This document shows positions 28,751 through 37,479 of a stretch of 64,000 nt of DNA, in pieces. Each line of letters begins with the position of its first letter. The first letter of the stretch is position 1. The stretch comes from Clostridia bacterium (GTDB lineage Bacteria > Bacillota > Clostridia > Oscillospirales > CAG-272), in the NCBI GenBank assembly GCA_017540175.1, contig JAFYBN010000008.1:10030-74029 (forward strand). Direction: 5' to 3'. The position numbers and the translations under genes are program-made. Under the pieces are notes generated by a model. The model saw nothing but the letters and a program-made list of their open reading frames with translations, ran no database searches and was not told the DNA's origin.

Positions 28751-29695
28751 TCAAATTGTGAGTCCGCTGATAACTTCCCTGAGGCTGTCCGCGCTTTTTC
28801 TGAGAAGCGCGTTTTCCTCGTCGGTGAGCGCGGGGAGCAGCTTGCCGCGCAGCCCGTCGCGCCCGATGATGTTGAGGGTCGAAAGACAGACGTCCTGCAC
28901 GCCGTACTCCCCGTGCATGAGGGAGGAGACGGTCAGCGTGGTATCCATGCCCTCCACAAGGCATTTGCAGATGTGACAGGTGGACAGGGCGATCGCGTAA
29001 TAGGTCGCGCCCTTGCGCTGGATGACCCGCCCGCCGGATTTTTTGATGTAGGTCTCGATTTCCTCGTGGTTGATCGGGGGATAGATGTTGTCCTGACTGG
29101 ACACGGCGAGGTGGTACTGATCCACCTGGACGTTTGAGATGTTGGCGATGGACCACGGCACGAACGAGGTGTCCCCGTGCTCGCCGAAGACGTAGGCGTG
29201 CACGTTCTGCTGGTTGATGCTGTAATACTCCGAAATGCGGGCGCGGAGGCGGGAGGTATCGAGGATCGTGCCCGTTCCGATGATCTTGCTCTCCGGCAGA
29301 TCGGAGGTCTTGAGGAAGACGTAGGTGAGGATGTCGACCGGGTTCGAGACGATGATGTAGGTCGCGTCCGGCGCGTAGGTCGTGATCTGCGGGACGATGG
29401 ATTTCACGATGTCCACGTTCGTCTGCGCGAGATCGAGGCGGGACTGACCGGGCTTGCGGGCGATGCCGGACGTGAGGATCACGATGTCGGAGTCGCACGC
29501 GTCGCGGTAGGTCCCGGCGTAGATCGAAAGCGGGGCGCAGAACGGCGTCCCCTGCCGGATGTCGAGCGCTTCTCCGAGCGCTTTCTCCCCGTTGATGTCG
29601 ATCATGACTATTTCGGAAGCGATTCCCTGAACCGCAAGGGTGTAGGCGATGGTGGAGCCGACCGATCCTGCTCCGATGATGGTGATTTTTGTCAT
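28751..29695 (-). CDS. mdh: LDH-family 2-hydroxyacid dehydrogenase, predicted malate dehydrogenase
   Basis: KITIIGAGSVGST Rossmann fold. Substrate loop SGIARKPGQSRLDL carries Arg where L-LDHs carry Gln (position 102), as in LDH-like MDHs. RBS GGAGGT. Confidence 0.8.
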   Translation of the reverse strand: MTKITIIGAGSVGSTIAYTLAVQGIASEIVMIDINGEKALGEALDIRQGTPFCAPLSIYAGTYRDACDSDIVILTSGIARKPGQSRLDLAQTNVDIVKSIVPQITTYAPDATYIIVSNPVDILTYVFLKTSDLPESKIIGTGTILDTSRLRARISEYYSINQQNVHAYVFGEHGDTSFVPWSIANISNVQVDQYHLAVSSQDNIYPPINHEEIETYIKKSGGRVIQRKGATYYAIALSTCHICKCLVEGMDTTLTVSSLMHGEYGVQDVCLSTLNIIGRDGLRGKLLPALTDEENALLRKSADSLREVISGLTI

Positions 29696-29767
29696 GCAAT
29701 ACCTCCGATTGGGTCCGCCGCGCAGCGCTTTTCGGACGGCGTGCGCCGGATTCGTACATATATTTTT

Positions 29768-29796
29768 ATTATAGCAAAAGAAATGCGCTTTTTCAA
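29768..29796 (-). promoter_or_regulatory. sigma-A promoter of the mdh-fumC-hdr-flx-frd operon
   Basis: On the minus strand: TTGAAA, 17-nt spacer, TATAAT, about 70 nt upstream of the mdh ATG. Confidence 0.6.
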
Positions 29797-29893
29797 GAGG
29801 AAAAACAGATTTCCTGTTTTGCGGACGGCGCCGGTCAAAAAATGTCCGCCCGTTCCCCCGGGATCGGGAAAACGCGGCGGTGCGCGGTGAGAT

Positions 29894-30997
29894 TCACAGG
29901 GTCGACACGAGAATATCGGCGATCCGCTTCGAGGCGAAACCGTCGCCGTAGGGGTTTGATGCATGGCTCATTTTCGCGTATTCCGCGGGATCCTCGAGCA
30001 GCTGCTTGAACGCGCGGTAAATCACCTCTTCGTCCGTACCGACGAGCTTCAGGGTGCCCGCCGCGATGCCCTCGGGCCGCTCCGTCGTGTCGCGCATGAC
30101 AAGCACGGGCTTTCCGAGCGAGGGGGCTTCCTCCTGAATGCCCCCGCTGTCGGTGAGGATCAGCTCGCTGTGCGCGAGGAAATTGTGGAAATCGAGCACC
30201 TCGAGCGGTTCGATGATGTGGATGCGGGAACATCCGCCGAGCTCCTCGGCGGCAGCCTCCCGCACGACGGGATTCATATGGATGGGATAGATCGCCGCGA
30301 CGTCCGGGTGCTCGTCGATGATCCGGCGGATGGCGCGGAACATATGGTGCATCGGCTCGCCGAGGTTTTCCCTTCTGTGCGCGGTGAGAACGATGAGCCG
30401 CCGGTTCCCCGCCCATTCAAGCTCCGGATGGGTATAATCCGCGCGGACCGTGGTTTTCAGGGCGTCGATAGCGGTGTTGCCCGTGACGAAGATGGTTTCG
30501 AGCTTTTTGCCTTCCTTCAGGAGATTGTTTTTCGCAAGCTCCGTCGGCGCGAAATTGTAGCGGGATATGATGGAGACCGCCTGACGGTTGAACTCCTCGG
30601 GATAGGGGGAGTCGATGTCATAGGTACGCAGTCCCGCTTCGACGTGCCCGACGGGGATATGCAGGTAGAAGCACGCGAGGGCTGAGGCGAAGGTCGTTGA
30701 GGTATCACCGTGCACGAGCACAACGTCCGGGGCGGCTTCCTCGAGCACCGGACGGATGCGGGTGAGAATGGCCTCTGTCACGTCGAACAGCGTCTGCTTT
30801 TCCTTCATGATCGCGAGATCGCAGTCCGGCGTCACGCCGAACGCCGCGAGCACCTGATCGAGCATCTGCCGGTGCTGTCCCGTTACGCAGACCGTCACGT
30901 CGAGCTCTTCCCTTTTTTTCAGCTCCAGCACGAGCGGGCACATTTTGATCGCCTCGGGCCTCGTGCCGAAGACCAGCATGACTTTCTTTTTCTTCAT
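29894..30997 (-). CDS. wecB: UDP-N-acetylglucosamine 2-epimerase (non-hydrolysing)
   Basis: 367 aa. VMLVFGTRPEAIKMCPL...VTGQHRQML...TDSGGIQEEAPSLGKPVLV signature blocks. Confidence 0.9.
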   Translation of the reverse strand: MKKKKVMLVFGTRPEAIKMCPLVLELKKREELDVTVCVTGQHRQMLDQVLAAFGVTPDCDLAIMKEKQTLFDVTEAILTRIRPVLEEAAPDVVLVHGDTSTTFASALACFYLHIPVGHVEAGLRTYDIDSPYPEEFNRQAVSIISRYNFAPTELAKNNLLKEGKKLETIFVTGNTAIDALKTTVRADYTHPELEWAGNRRLIVLTAHRRENLGEPMHHMFRAIRRIIDEHPDVAAIYPIHMNPVVREAAAEELGGCSRIHIIEPLEVLDFHNFLAHSELILTDSGGIQEEAPSLGKPVLVMRDTTERPEGIAAGTLKLVGTDEEVIYRAFKQLLEDPAEYAKMSHASNPYGDGFASKRIADILVSTL

Positions 30998-31033
30998 GGT
31001 CGATATCTCTCCCGTCAGCGGTTTTCACGGGAT

Positions 31034-31062
31034 ATTATAAGCGATCACGCAGAAAATGTCAA
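31034..31062 (-). promoter_or_regulatory. consensus sigma-A promoter for wecB
   Basis: On the minus strand: TTGACA, 17-nt spacer, TATAAT. Confidence 0.6.
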
Positions 31063-31242
31063 GCCGCGTCCCGAAAAATCGCCCTGCCGCGCTTCGCCCG
31101 GGGAGCCAGCGGGATTTTTCACACTTTTTTCCGCTTCGCGGAACTTTTTTCCGCCCGGCGGCGTCTAAACTTCGGATTCTTTCGTGATCTGCCTTTTCCC
31201 GGTATTTCTGCGGCAAGTTTACAAAATACCGCAAATTTCCTC

Positions 31243-31270
31243 TTGATTTATCCGTGGATTATGGTATAAT
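31243..31270 (+). promoter_or_regulatory. sigma-A promoter (extended -10) for the SLH protein gene
   Basis: TTGATT, 16-nt spacer, TGgTATAAT. Confidence 0.5.
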
Positions 31271-31309
31271 GGAAGATGGTTTTTTATCGACATATCTATG
31301 GAGGTACTT

Positions 31310-34300
31310 ATGAAGAAAATCAGACTGCTCGTCCTGCTTCTGCTCGCCCTGCTTCTGTCGGCGGGCATCGCCTCAACCGTCGCCGCCGCGACCTCTTTCA
31401 CGGATGTCGCCGACGATTTCTGGGCTTGGAAAAGCGGGTATATTCCGTATCTCGTTCAGAAAAACGTGCTCAACGGCTACAAGATGGACGACGGCACGTA
31501 CACGTTTAAACCGGACGCCAAGGTCACCCGCGCCGAGTTCATCAAAATGCTCGACGAAACCTTCGGGCTTGTCAATCTGAAGAACGTGAGCTTCTCAGAC
31601 GTCACCCCGTCCGACTGGTTCTATCCTTATTTCCAGAAGGCCGCGGCGCAGGGCTACCTGCTGAACTACGGCTCGAAGGCCAACCCGAACGGCGAGATCA
31701 GCCGTGAGGAAGCGGTCAGCCTGCTCGTCCGCTACCTCAACCTGCCCCCCGAGGACAAGTCTCCCGCCTCGACCTTCACGGACTTCTCCTCGATCAACGA
31801 CATCTTCAAGGACTATGTGCTCCAGGCGATCTACGCGAACCTGATCAACGGCTACAAGGACGACGCGACGAACACCTACTCCTTCAAGCCGCAGGGACTG
31901 CTGACCCGTGCCGAGGCTCTGACGATCCTCTACCGCGCGGCCGGCGCGATCTACAACACCACGGTCAGCGGACGCGACGCGGGCGCGGCGGCGTCGAACA
32001 ACGTCATCACGCGCGGTGACATCATCGTCAGCGATGCCGCACTGACCGGGCGCAACATCGTTTCGGAAGGCGCGGTGTCCGGCACGCTCACCTTGAAGAA
32101 CTGCACGATCAGCGGCACGATCGCGATCCGCGGCGCGGCAAACGTCACCTTCGACAACTGCACGGTCGATCACATCACCGTGTTCGGCGGCGGCACCGTT
32201 TCGCTCATCAACCGCACGAAGGCCCAGCGCATCACGGTGTACGACGGATCGAACATCTACCTCTATTCGAACACCTCGCTCGACACTCTCATGGTCAGCT
32301 CGGGCGCGAACGAAATCAAGGTCAGCGGTCTTGACAGCACCATCGAAAACATTGTCGTCAACGCGGACGGTTTCGAATCCACGATCATGCCCGGATATTT
32401 CGAGATCGCCTCTCCCCATACCGCCATCTTCGCGGGCAGCCGGTACAGCGGCAGCAGCAGCGACCAGAAATCGTTTGACGCGAGCCCCTTCGTCACCTCT
32501 GACGGCACCGACTACTATCTTGTCGTGAAGCCCATCGTCTCCGGCAAGCTTTACGCTTACCTGGCAAACGCCAACGAAACGCCTGCCGCCGGCAGATTCG
32601 CCGCCGCTTATGAAAGCAGCGCGAAAAAGGTCTCCCTCAACATCGAGCGCGGCAAGTACACGGCGGTGAAGCTCGGCTCGAAGACCGACCTTTCCGGCTT
32701 CAATTACGTCGTGTTCCAGCTCGCCGAGAGCAACCGTCTGTACGCCCCGCAGAGAGTGACGAACGAACCCATCGTCGGAACAGGCTTCAGCTCCGATCCT
32801 TCCCTTTACAGCCCCACGACGATCACCTTCACTCCGAAGCTCACCGGCAAGGTCATCTGGTATTATACCGATTCCCCCGCCGCCCTCGGCGCAGCCGAAT
32901 TCCTGAACGGCTATGAAGCGAAGGAATCCGCGCTCAAGGGTTCGCGCAACGTCGCCGCGAACACTTCCTATTCCTGCAATCTCACCGAAGCGTATCTGGC
33001 TGATTACAGCTACGTCGCGTTCATGATCCGCAATACGGACGGCGCGTGCGGCATCCCCGTCGTGGTGTCCGTGGGCGACAACGGCTTCAAGGTCCTGCCC
33101 TCCCTCAAGACCGCGGGCATCGTCTCCTTCACGTCGAACGTCACGGCAGACCTCTACTTCTATTACAGCGATTCTCCCTCCGTTCCGACCGCCGACCGCT
33201 TCTCGACCGAATACAACCGTGCTCGTTATACGGGTTCGGTTCCGGTGAAAGCGAACACCGCGAGCGAGCTCAAATACGAAACCGCGTACAGTTCGGTTTA
33301 CCCCTACCTCGTCCTCGCGCTCAACAGCAATCTGAACGGCTGGTACCAGCCCGTCTCCGTCTCCATTGACGTGAAGACCGGGTTCGTCGAAGAGCCGATC
33401 GTGATCTCCTCCTCCGAGGTGCGCTTCAAGCCCGCGAACAGCGGCACCGTTCAGTATTATCTGACGGATTCCGATTCCGCGCCCTCCGAGTCCGAATTCA
33501 CGGCAAACTACCGCAGAGCTCCCGCGAAATACTGCGGCGAAGCCGACGTGTACGCGAACTACTACAAGAGCATCGCCTACACCTCCTCCGACGCGGCGCT
33601 CTACCCCTACATGGCGATCATGCTGAGCGACGATCTCGGCAACGTGTTCGCGCCGGTGCTGGTCAAGCTCTCCGGAGCACTCACGAACGGCTTCACCGCG
33701 GGTCCCTATGTGGAAGACGGCAAGATCTACTTCCGCACCTCCGAGGACGGCGAAGTCTTCGTCTTCTACTCCTCCAGCAAGGACGCCGTCGCCGCCGAGG
33801 AATATTATGAAGAATGGCTCGGCACGAGAAGCTCATGGACCGAAGCAGTCGAAATCAGAAGGAACACGCTGACCTCCGTCGCGATCAATAAGGAAGCGCA
33901 GAGAGCGGTCGATTACGCCGTCATCGCCTTCCGTCCCGCCGGCTACACGTCCCGCCGGGACTTCCTCTACCCCGTCGTGCTCGATATCACAGAGAAGCAG
34001 ACCTCCACGATCTCCGGTCCCGGCATCACCGCGAGCGTCTCGAAGGCTGAAAAGCTCGTGACCGTCCGTGCGGGATATGAAGGACAGCTCTACCACTATC
34101 TGACCGACGACGAAGCCCTGATGAACGTGTCCTCGTCAAACTTCGATCTCCGTTGGATCAACGCGGAAAGCGCCTACGGTCCCACCTCGCTCAAAGCAAA
34201 CGGGACCTATGACATCAGCACCTCGAACAAGAGATACGTTGTCATCTGCCTCAAGGTCGACGGCGAATACCTCGAACCCGTCAAAATCGACATGAAGAGC

Positions 34301-34624
34301 GGAAGCTCTTACAGCGGCTTGGATGATGAATCCAACAAGGACGGTACCGGTTTCCTGACCGTCAGCCAGATCGATCTGAACTTCAACATCGAGTTCGAGA
34401 CCAAAGTGAACGGTGTCGTGACGCTCTATCTCTACCAAAACAGCAGTCTGACCGAGATCGCGCACACGAATGCCACGAAGGGCGTCAAGACAAATCTCCA
34501 GCTGCCCTTCGCCAACAACGAATTTGTCACCTCGCTGCTTGCGGGAAGCACCTGCTATCTGCAGCTGGTTGACGGCAGCGACAAATATGAGTTCTACGAA
34601 ATCGTTATTCCGATAAACAACTAA
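31310..34624 (+). CDS. large SLH-domain cell-surface protein with beta-helix-like region and seven ~100-aa repeats
   Basis: Signal peptide MKKIRLLVLLLLALLLSAGIASTVAA. Three SLH repeats (FTDV..DFWAWKSGYIP.., FSDVTPSDWFYPYF.., FTDFSSINDIFKDYV..). Start trimmed to ATG 31310 behind GGAGGT. Confidence 0.85.
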   Translation: MKKIRLLVLLLLALLLSAGIASTVAAATSFTDVADDFWAWKSGYIPYLVQKNVLNGYKMDDGTYTFKPDAKVTRAEFIKMLDETFGLVNLKNVSFSDVTPSDWFYPYFQKAAAQGYLLNYGSKANPNGEISREEAVSLLVRYLNLPPEDKSPASTFTDFSSINDIFKDYVLQAIYANLINGYKDDATNTYSFKPQGLLTRAEALTILYRAAGAIYNTTVSGRDAGAAASNNVITRGDIIVSDAALTGRNIVSEGAVSGTLTLKNCTISGTIAIRGAANVTFDNCTVDHITVFGGGTVSLINRTKAQRITVYDGSNIYLYSNTSLDTLMVSSGANEIKVSGLDSTIENIVVNADGFESTIMPGYFEIASPHTAIFAGSRYSGSSSDQKSFDASPFVTSDGTDYYLVVKPIVSGKLYAYLANANETPAAGRFAAAYESSAKKVSLNIERGKYTAVKLGSKTDLSGFNYVVFQLAESNRLYAPQRVTNEPIVGTGFSSDPSLYSPTTITFTPKLTGKVIWYYTDSPAALGAAEFLNGYEAKESALKGSRNVAANTSYSCNLTEAYLADYSYVAFMIRNTDGACGIPVVVSVGDNGFKVLPSLKTAGIVSFTSNVTADLYFYYSDSPSVPTADRFSTEYNRARYTGSVPVKANTASELKYETAYSSVYPYLVLALNSNLNGWYQPVSVSIDVKTGFVEEPIVISSSEVRFKPANSGTVQYYLTDSDSAPSESEFTANYRRAPAKYCGEADVYANYYKSIAYTSSDAALYPYMAIMLSDDLGNVFAPVLVKLSGALTNGFTAGPYVEDGKIYFRTSEDGEVFVFYSSSKDAVAAEEYYEEWLGTRSSWTEAVEIRRNTLTSVAINKEAQRAVDYAVIAFRPAGYTSRRDFLYPVVLDITEKQTSTISGPGITASVSKAEKLVTVRAGYEGQLYHYLTDDEALMNVSSSNFDLRWINAESAYGPTSLKANGTYDISTSNKRYVVICLKVDGEYLEPVKIDMKSGSSYSGLDDESNKDGTGFLTVSQIDLNFNIEFETKVNGVVTLYLYQNSSLTEIAHTNATKGVKTNLQLPFANNEFVTSLLAGSTCYLQLVDGSDKYEFYEIVIPINN

Positions 34625-34636
34625 ACAGGCTTTCCG

Positions 34637-34669
34637 AAAAGGGGGCGGACGCTCGTCCCCCCCTTTTTT
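34637..34669 (+). terminator. intrinsic terminator
   Basis: GGGGGCGGAC-gcuc-GUCCCCCCC followed by UUUUUU. Confidence 0.7.
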
Positions 34670-34731
34670 CCGTCAAAACAACGGCGGCCGATCCCTTCGG
34701 GCTGCCCATTCGAAACAGCAAGGAGTCAGAT

Positions 34732-36324
34732 ATGAAACTGAGAATTCCCGATTACGCCGTGATTTCCACGGAAGAGAAAAAGATCCGCGTCCCCTTCTCC
34801 GGCGTGTACGACGGCGGCGACTTTGTTCTCTCCGCCTCGCTGACGGACGGCGCGCTGAAGCTCTCCGTCCGCGCGGAGGAGATGCCCCTCAAATCCGTCC
34901 GCCTGCGCTGGAATTTCCGTGAGGACGAGCTGCGCGGCGAAGCGGTCAAGGTGCTCGGCGACCACTGGGAGCGCGGCTACGGCGACCTCGCGTGGCGGGG
35001 GATCGAGCCGGAGCGCGTCATGCCGTGGTACATGCTCGTCTCAAACGGCAGCGACGCGGACGGCGATTTCACAAACCGCTTCACGGAAGGCTTCGGTGTA
35101 CGCGTTCAGCCCGGCGCGATGATCTTCTGGCAGTACGACGAGGGCGGCGTCACGATGAAAGCGGATATCCGCTGCGGCGGCGAAGGCGTGATCCTCGGCG
35201 GCAGGACGCTTGAAATCTGCGAGATCGTTTTCGGCGAGTACCGGGGCGTCTCCGCGTTTGAGGCGGCGCGCCGCTTCTGCGCCGAAATGTGCCCTTCCCC
35301 GCGTCTTCCGAAGCATCCGGTCTACGGCTCGAACAACTGGTACTACGCCTACGGAAACAGCTCCCACGACGAGATCATCGGGGACACGAAGATCGTCGCC
35401 GAACAGTGCGCGGGGCTCGACAACATCCCCTACATGGTGATCGACGACGGCTGGCAGAAGAACAGCTGCAACGCGCCGTGGACGGAGACGAACGAACGCT
35501 TCCCGGACATGAAGGCGCTCGCCGCCGAAATGCGCGCGCTGGGCGTGCGCCCGGGACTCTGGGTCCGCTATCTCGCGAACAGCGGGAGCACGGTCGCCGA
35601 GGCGAAGGAGGACTGGCTCCTTGCGCGCGACCGCACTTATCTCGATCCCTCCCACCCCGAGGTGCTCGATTACGTGCGCCGTCTGACCTTAATGTTCGTG
35701 AACGACTGGGGCTACGAGCTGATCAAGCACGATTACAGCACCTTTGACCTCTTCGGTCTCTGGGCGCCTCAGATGGGCGACTCCGTGACGCGGGGCAAGT
35801 GGCATTTTTACGACCGCTCGAAGACGTCCGCGGAAATCGCGAAGAACTTCTGCCGCGCGATCCGTGACGCGGCGGGCGAGGACTGCGTCATCATCGGCTG
35901 CAACACCCTCTCCCACATCGTCGCGGGCATGTACGAGCTGAACCGCACGGGCGACGACACCTCCGGCTTCGAATGGAGCCGCACGAGAAAAATGGGGGTG
36001 AACACCCTCGCCTTCCGTCTCCCGCAGAACGGCACGTTCTACATGGCGGACGCGGACTGCGTGGGCATCACCGGCGCGATCCCGTGGCTTCTCAATCGGC
36101 AGTGGCTCGAGGTCCTTTCGAAGAGCGGCTCCCCCCTCTTCGTCTCCTGCAAGCCGGGCGTGCTGAGCGAAGAAGAGGTGCGCGAGCTTCGCGGCGCATG
36201 GCGCGTGAACTCCGTGCAGAAGAACAAGGCCCGCCCCGTGGACTGGATGGAAAATCAAGTCCCCTCCCTCTGGGAGATCGACGGCGAGCGCGTTCGGTTC
36301 AACTGGTTCGCGGACGAGCTGTAA
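34732..36324 (+). CDS. alpha-galactosidase-like glycoside hydrolase (clan GH-D / melibiase fold)
   Basis: 530 aa. …YMVIDDGWQ…RFPDMKALAAEMRALGVRPGLW… and LIKHDY (KxD nucleophile-type motif) resemble GH36/GH27 enzymes. Confidence 0.65.
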   Translation: MKLRIPDYAVISTEEKKIRVPFSGVYDGGDFVLSASLTDGALKLSVRAEEMPLKSVRLRWNFREDELRGEAVKVLGDHWERGYGDLAWRGIEPERVMPWYMLVSNGSDADGDFTNRFTEGFGVRVQPGAMIFWQYDEGGVTMKADIRCGGEGVILGGRTLEICEIVFGEYRGVSAFEAARRFCAEMCPSPRLPKHPVYGSNNWYYAYGNSSHDEIIGDTKIVAEQCAGLDNIPYMVIDDGWQKNSCNAPWTETNERFPDMKALAAEMRALGVRPGLWVRYLANSGSTVAEAKEDWLLARDRTYLDPSHPEVLDYVRRLTLMFVNDWGYELIKHDYSTFDLFGLWAPQMGDSVTRGKWHFYDRSKTSAEIAKNFCRAIRDAAGEDCVIIGCNTLSHIVAGMYELNRTGDDTSGFEWSRTRKMGVNTLAFRLPQNGTFYMADADCVGITGAIPWLLNRQWLEVLSKSGSPLFVSCKPGVLSEEEVRELRGAWRVNSVQKNKARPVDWMENQVPSLWEIDGERVRFNWFADEL

Positions 36325-36380
36325 GGGGGGTACGCGGCTTTCTTAAAAGAAAGCCTGGCAAAGAACTTTACAAAAAAACA
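36325..36380 (+). repeat. short intergenic repeat, copy A (hairpin GGCTTTC-loop-GAAAGCC plus TGGCAAAGAACTT)
   Basis: GGGGTACGCGGCTTTC (16/16) and GAAAGCCTGGCAAAGAACTT (20/20) are identical to the copy at 45814-45868. Only the hairpin loop differs. Confidence 0.7.
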
Positions 36381-36407
36381 GGCTGAAGCACGAAATCAGC
36401 CTGTTTT
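36373..36407. terminator. bidirectional intrinsic terminator
   Basis: AAAAAAA-CAGGCUGA...UCAGCCUG-UUUUU between convergent genes. Confidence 0.7.
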
Positions 36408-36423
36408 TCTATGGAACGGGGGA

Positions 36424-37338
36424 TTACGGCAGGGTCTTACCGGACGCGCGGTAGAGCTCGTACCACTCGTCGTGCGTGATCGTGACGTCCGCGGCCTTGG
36501 CGATCTGCGCGATGCGGTCGAGGTTCGTTGTGCCGACGATGGGCTGCATGACGGCGGGGTGTCTGAGGATCCACGCGATGGCGAGCCCCGTGGGGGTGAT
36601 GTCATAGCGCCCGCCGATCTCATCGAGCTTTTCGTTGAGCTTCGGGAATTTCGCGTTCCCGATGAAGGGACCGGCGAAGAATCCGTACTGGAAGGGCGAC
36701 CAAGGTTGAATGGTGATCCCGTGCAGGCGGCAGTAATCGAGCACCGAGTCGTCCCGGTTCACGGCCGCGCCGTTTTCCATGTTGACGTTGATGCCGGAAT
36801 CAATCATGGTGGTGTTCGTGAGGCTGAACTGGAGCTGGTTCGCGACGATTCGGTTCTCGCCGAGGGAGCGGCCGAGAAGCTCCATCTGCATGGGATTGTG
36901 GTTCGACACGCCGAAATGGAGCACCTTGCCCTCTCGGTGCAGCTTGTCGAAGGCTTCGGCGACCTCGTCCGGCTCTACGAGTGTGTCCGGGCGGTGGAGC
37001 AGGAGAAAATCGAGGTGATCCGTTCCAAGGCGGCTGAGGCTCTGCTCCGCCTCGTGCAGGATGTGATCCTTTGAGAAATCATAGGAGCCGGGCTTGATGC
37101 CGCATTTCGACTGGATGAGCATTTTGTCCCGCATAGCAGGATTCGAGCGGAGAAAATCGCCGAATTTCGTTTCGCACGAGCCGCCGCCGTAGATATCCGC
37201 GTGATCGAAGAAATTGATGCCGAGATCGAGATCGGTGCGGATGAGACGGTCGATCGCGTCCGCCGTCATGCCCCCGATCCTCATGCAGCCCTGCGCCACG
37301 CGGGACGCCGTCATGCCTGCGAAGGGAAAGGTTTTCAT
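36424..37338 (-). CDS. aldo/keto reductase
   Basis: 304 aa. …GINFFDHADIYGGG… plus AKR-typical blocks. RBS GGAGGC. Confidence 0.9.
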   Translation of the reverse strand: MKTFPFAGMTASRVAQGCMRIGGMTADAIDRLIRTDLDLGINFFDHADIYGGGSCETKFGDFLRSNPAMRDKMLIQSKCGIKPGSYDFSKDHILHEAEQSLSRLGTDHLDFLLLHRPDTLVEPDEVAEAFDKLHREGKVLHFGVSNHNPMQMELLGRSLGENRIVANQLQFSLTNTTMIDSGINVNMENGAAVNRDDSVLDYCRLHGITIQPWSPFQYGFFAGPFIGNAKFPKLNEKLDEIGGRYDITPTGLAIAWILRHPAVMQPIVGTTNLDRIAQIAKAADVTITHDEWYELYRASGKTLP

Positions 37339-37403
37339 GTCTGCCTCCGTGAATTTCTAAATTTGCACGGTCATTATAACATAATGGGCGGGCTTTGTCA
37401 AGC

Positions 37404-37449
37404 AAAAAAGCCGCCGCGTTTCTCTCCGGATGGGATCGAAACGCGGCGG
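37404..37449 (-). terminator. intrinsic terminator after the SPFH gene
   Basis: 12-bp stem CCGCCGCGUUUC/GAAACGCGGCGG followed on the minus strand by CUUUUUUG. Confidence 0.7.
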
Positions 37450-37479
37450 AGCCTATTGGGTTTTCTTGATGTGCCGGGT

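Noticed and set aside
34625-34669. GGCTTTCCGAAAAG after the SLH gene resembling the repeat's GGCTTTCTTAAAAG
   Set aside because: The similarity ends there and the sequence is fully explained as part of the local G/C-rich terminator hairpin.
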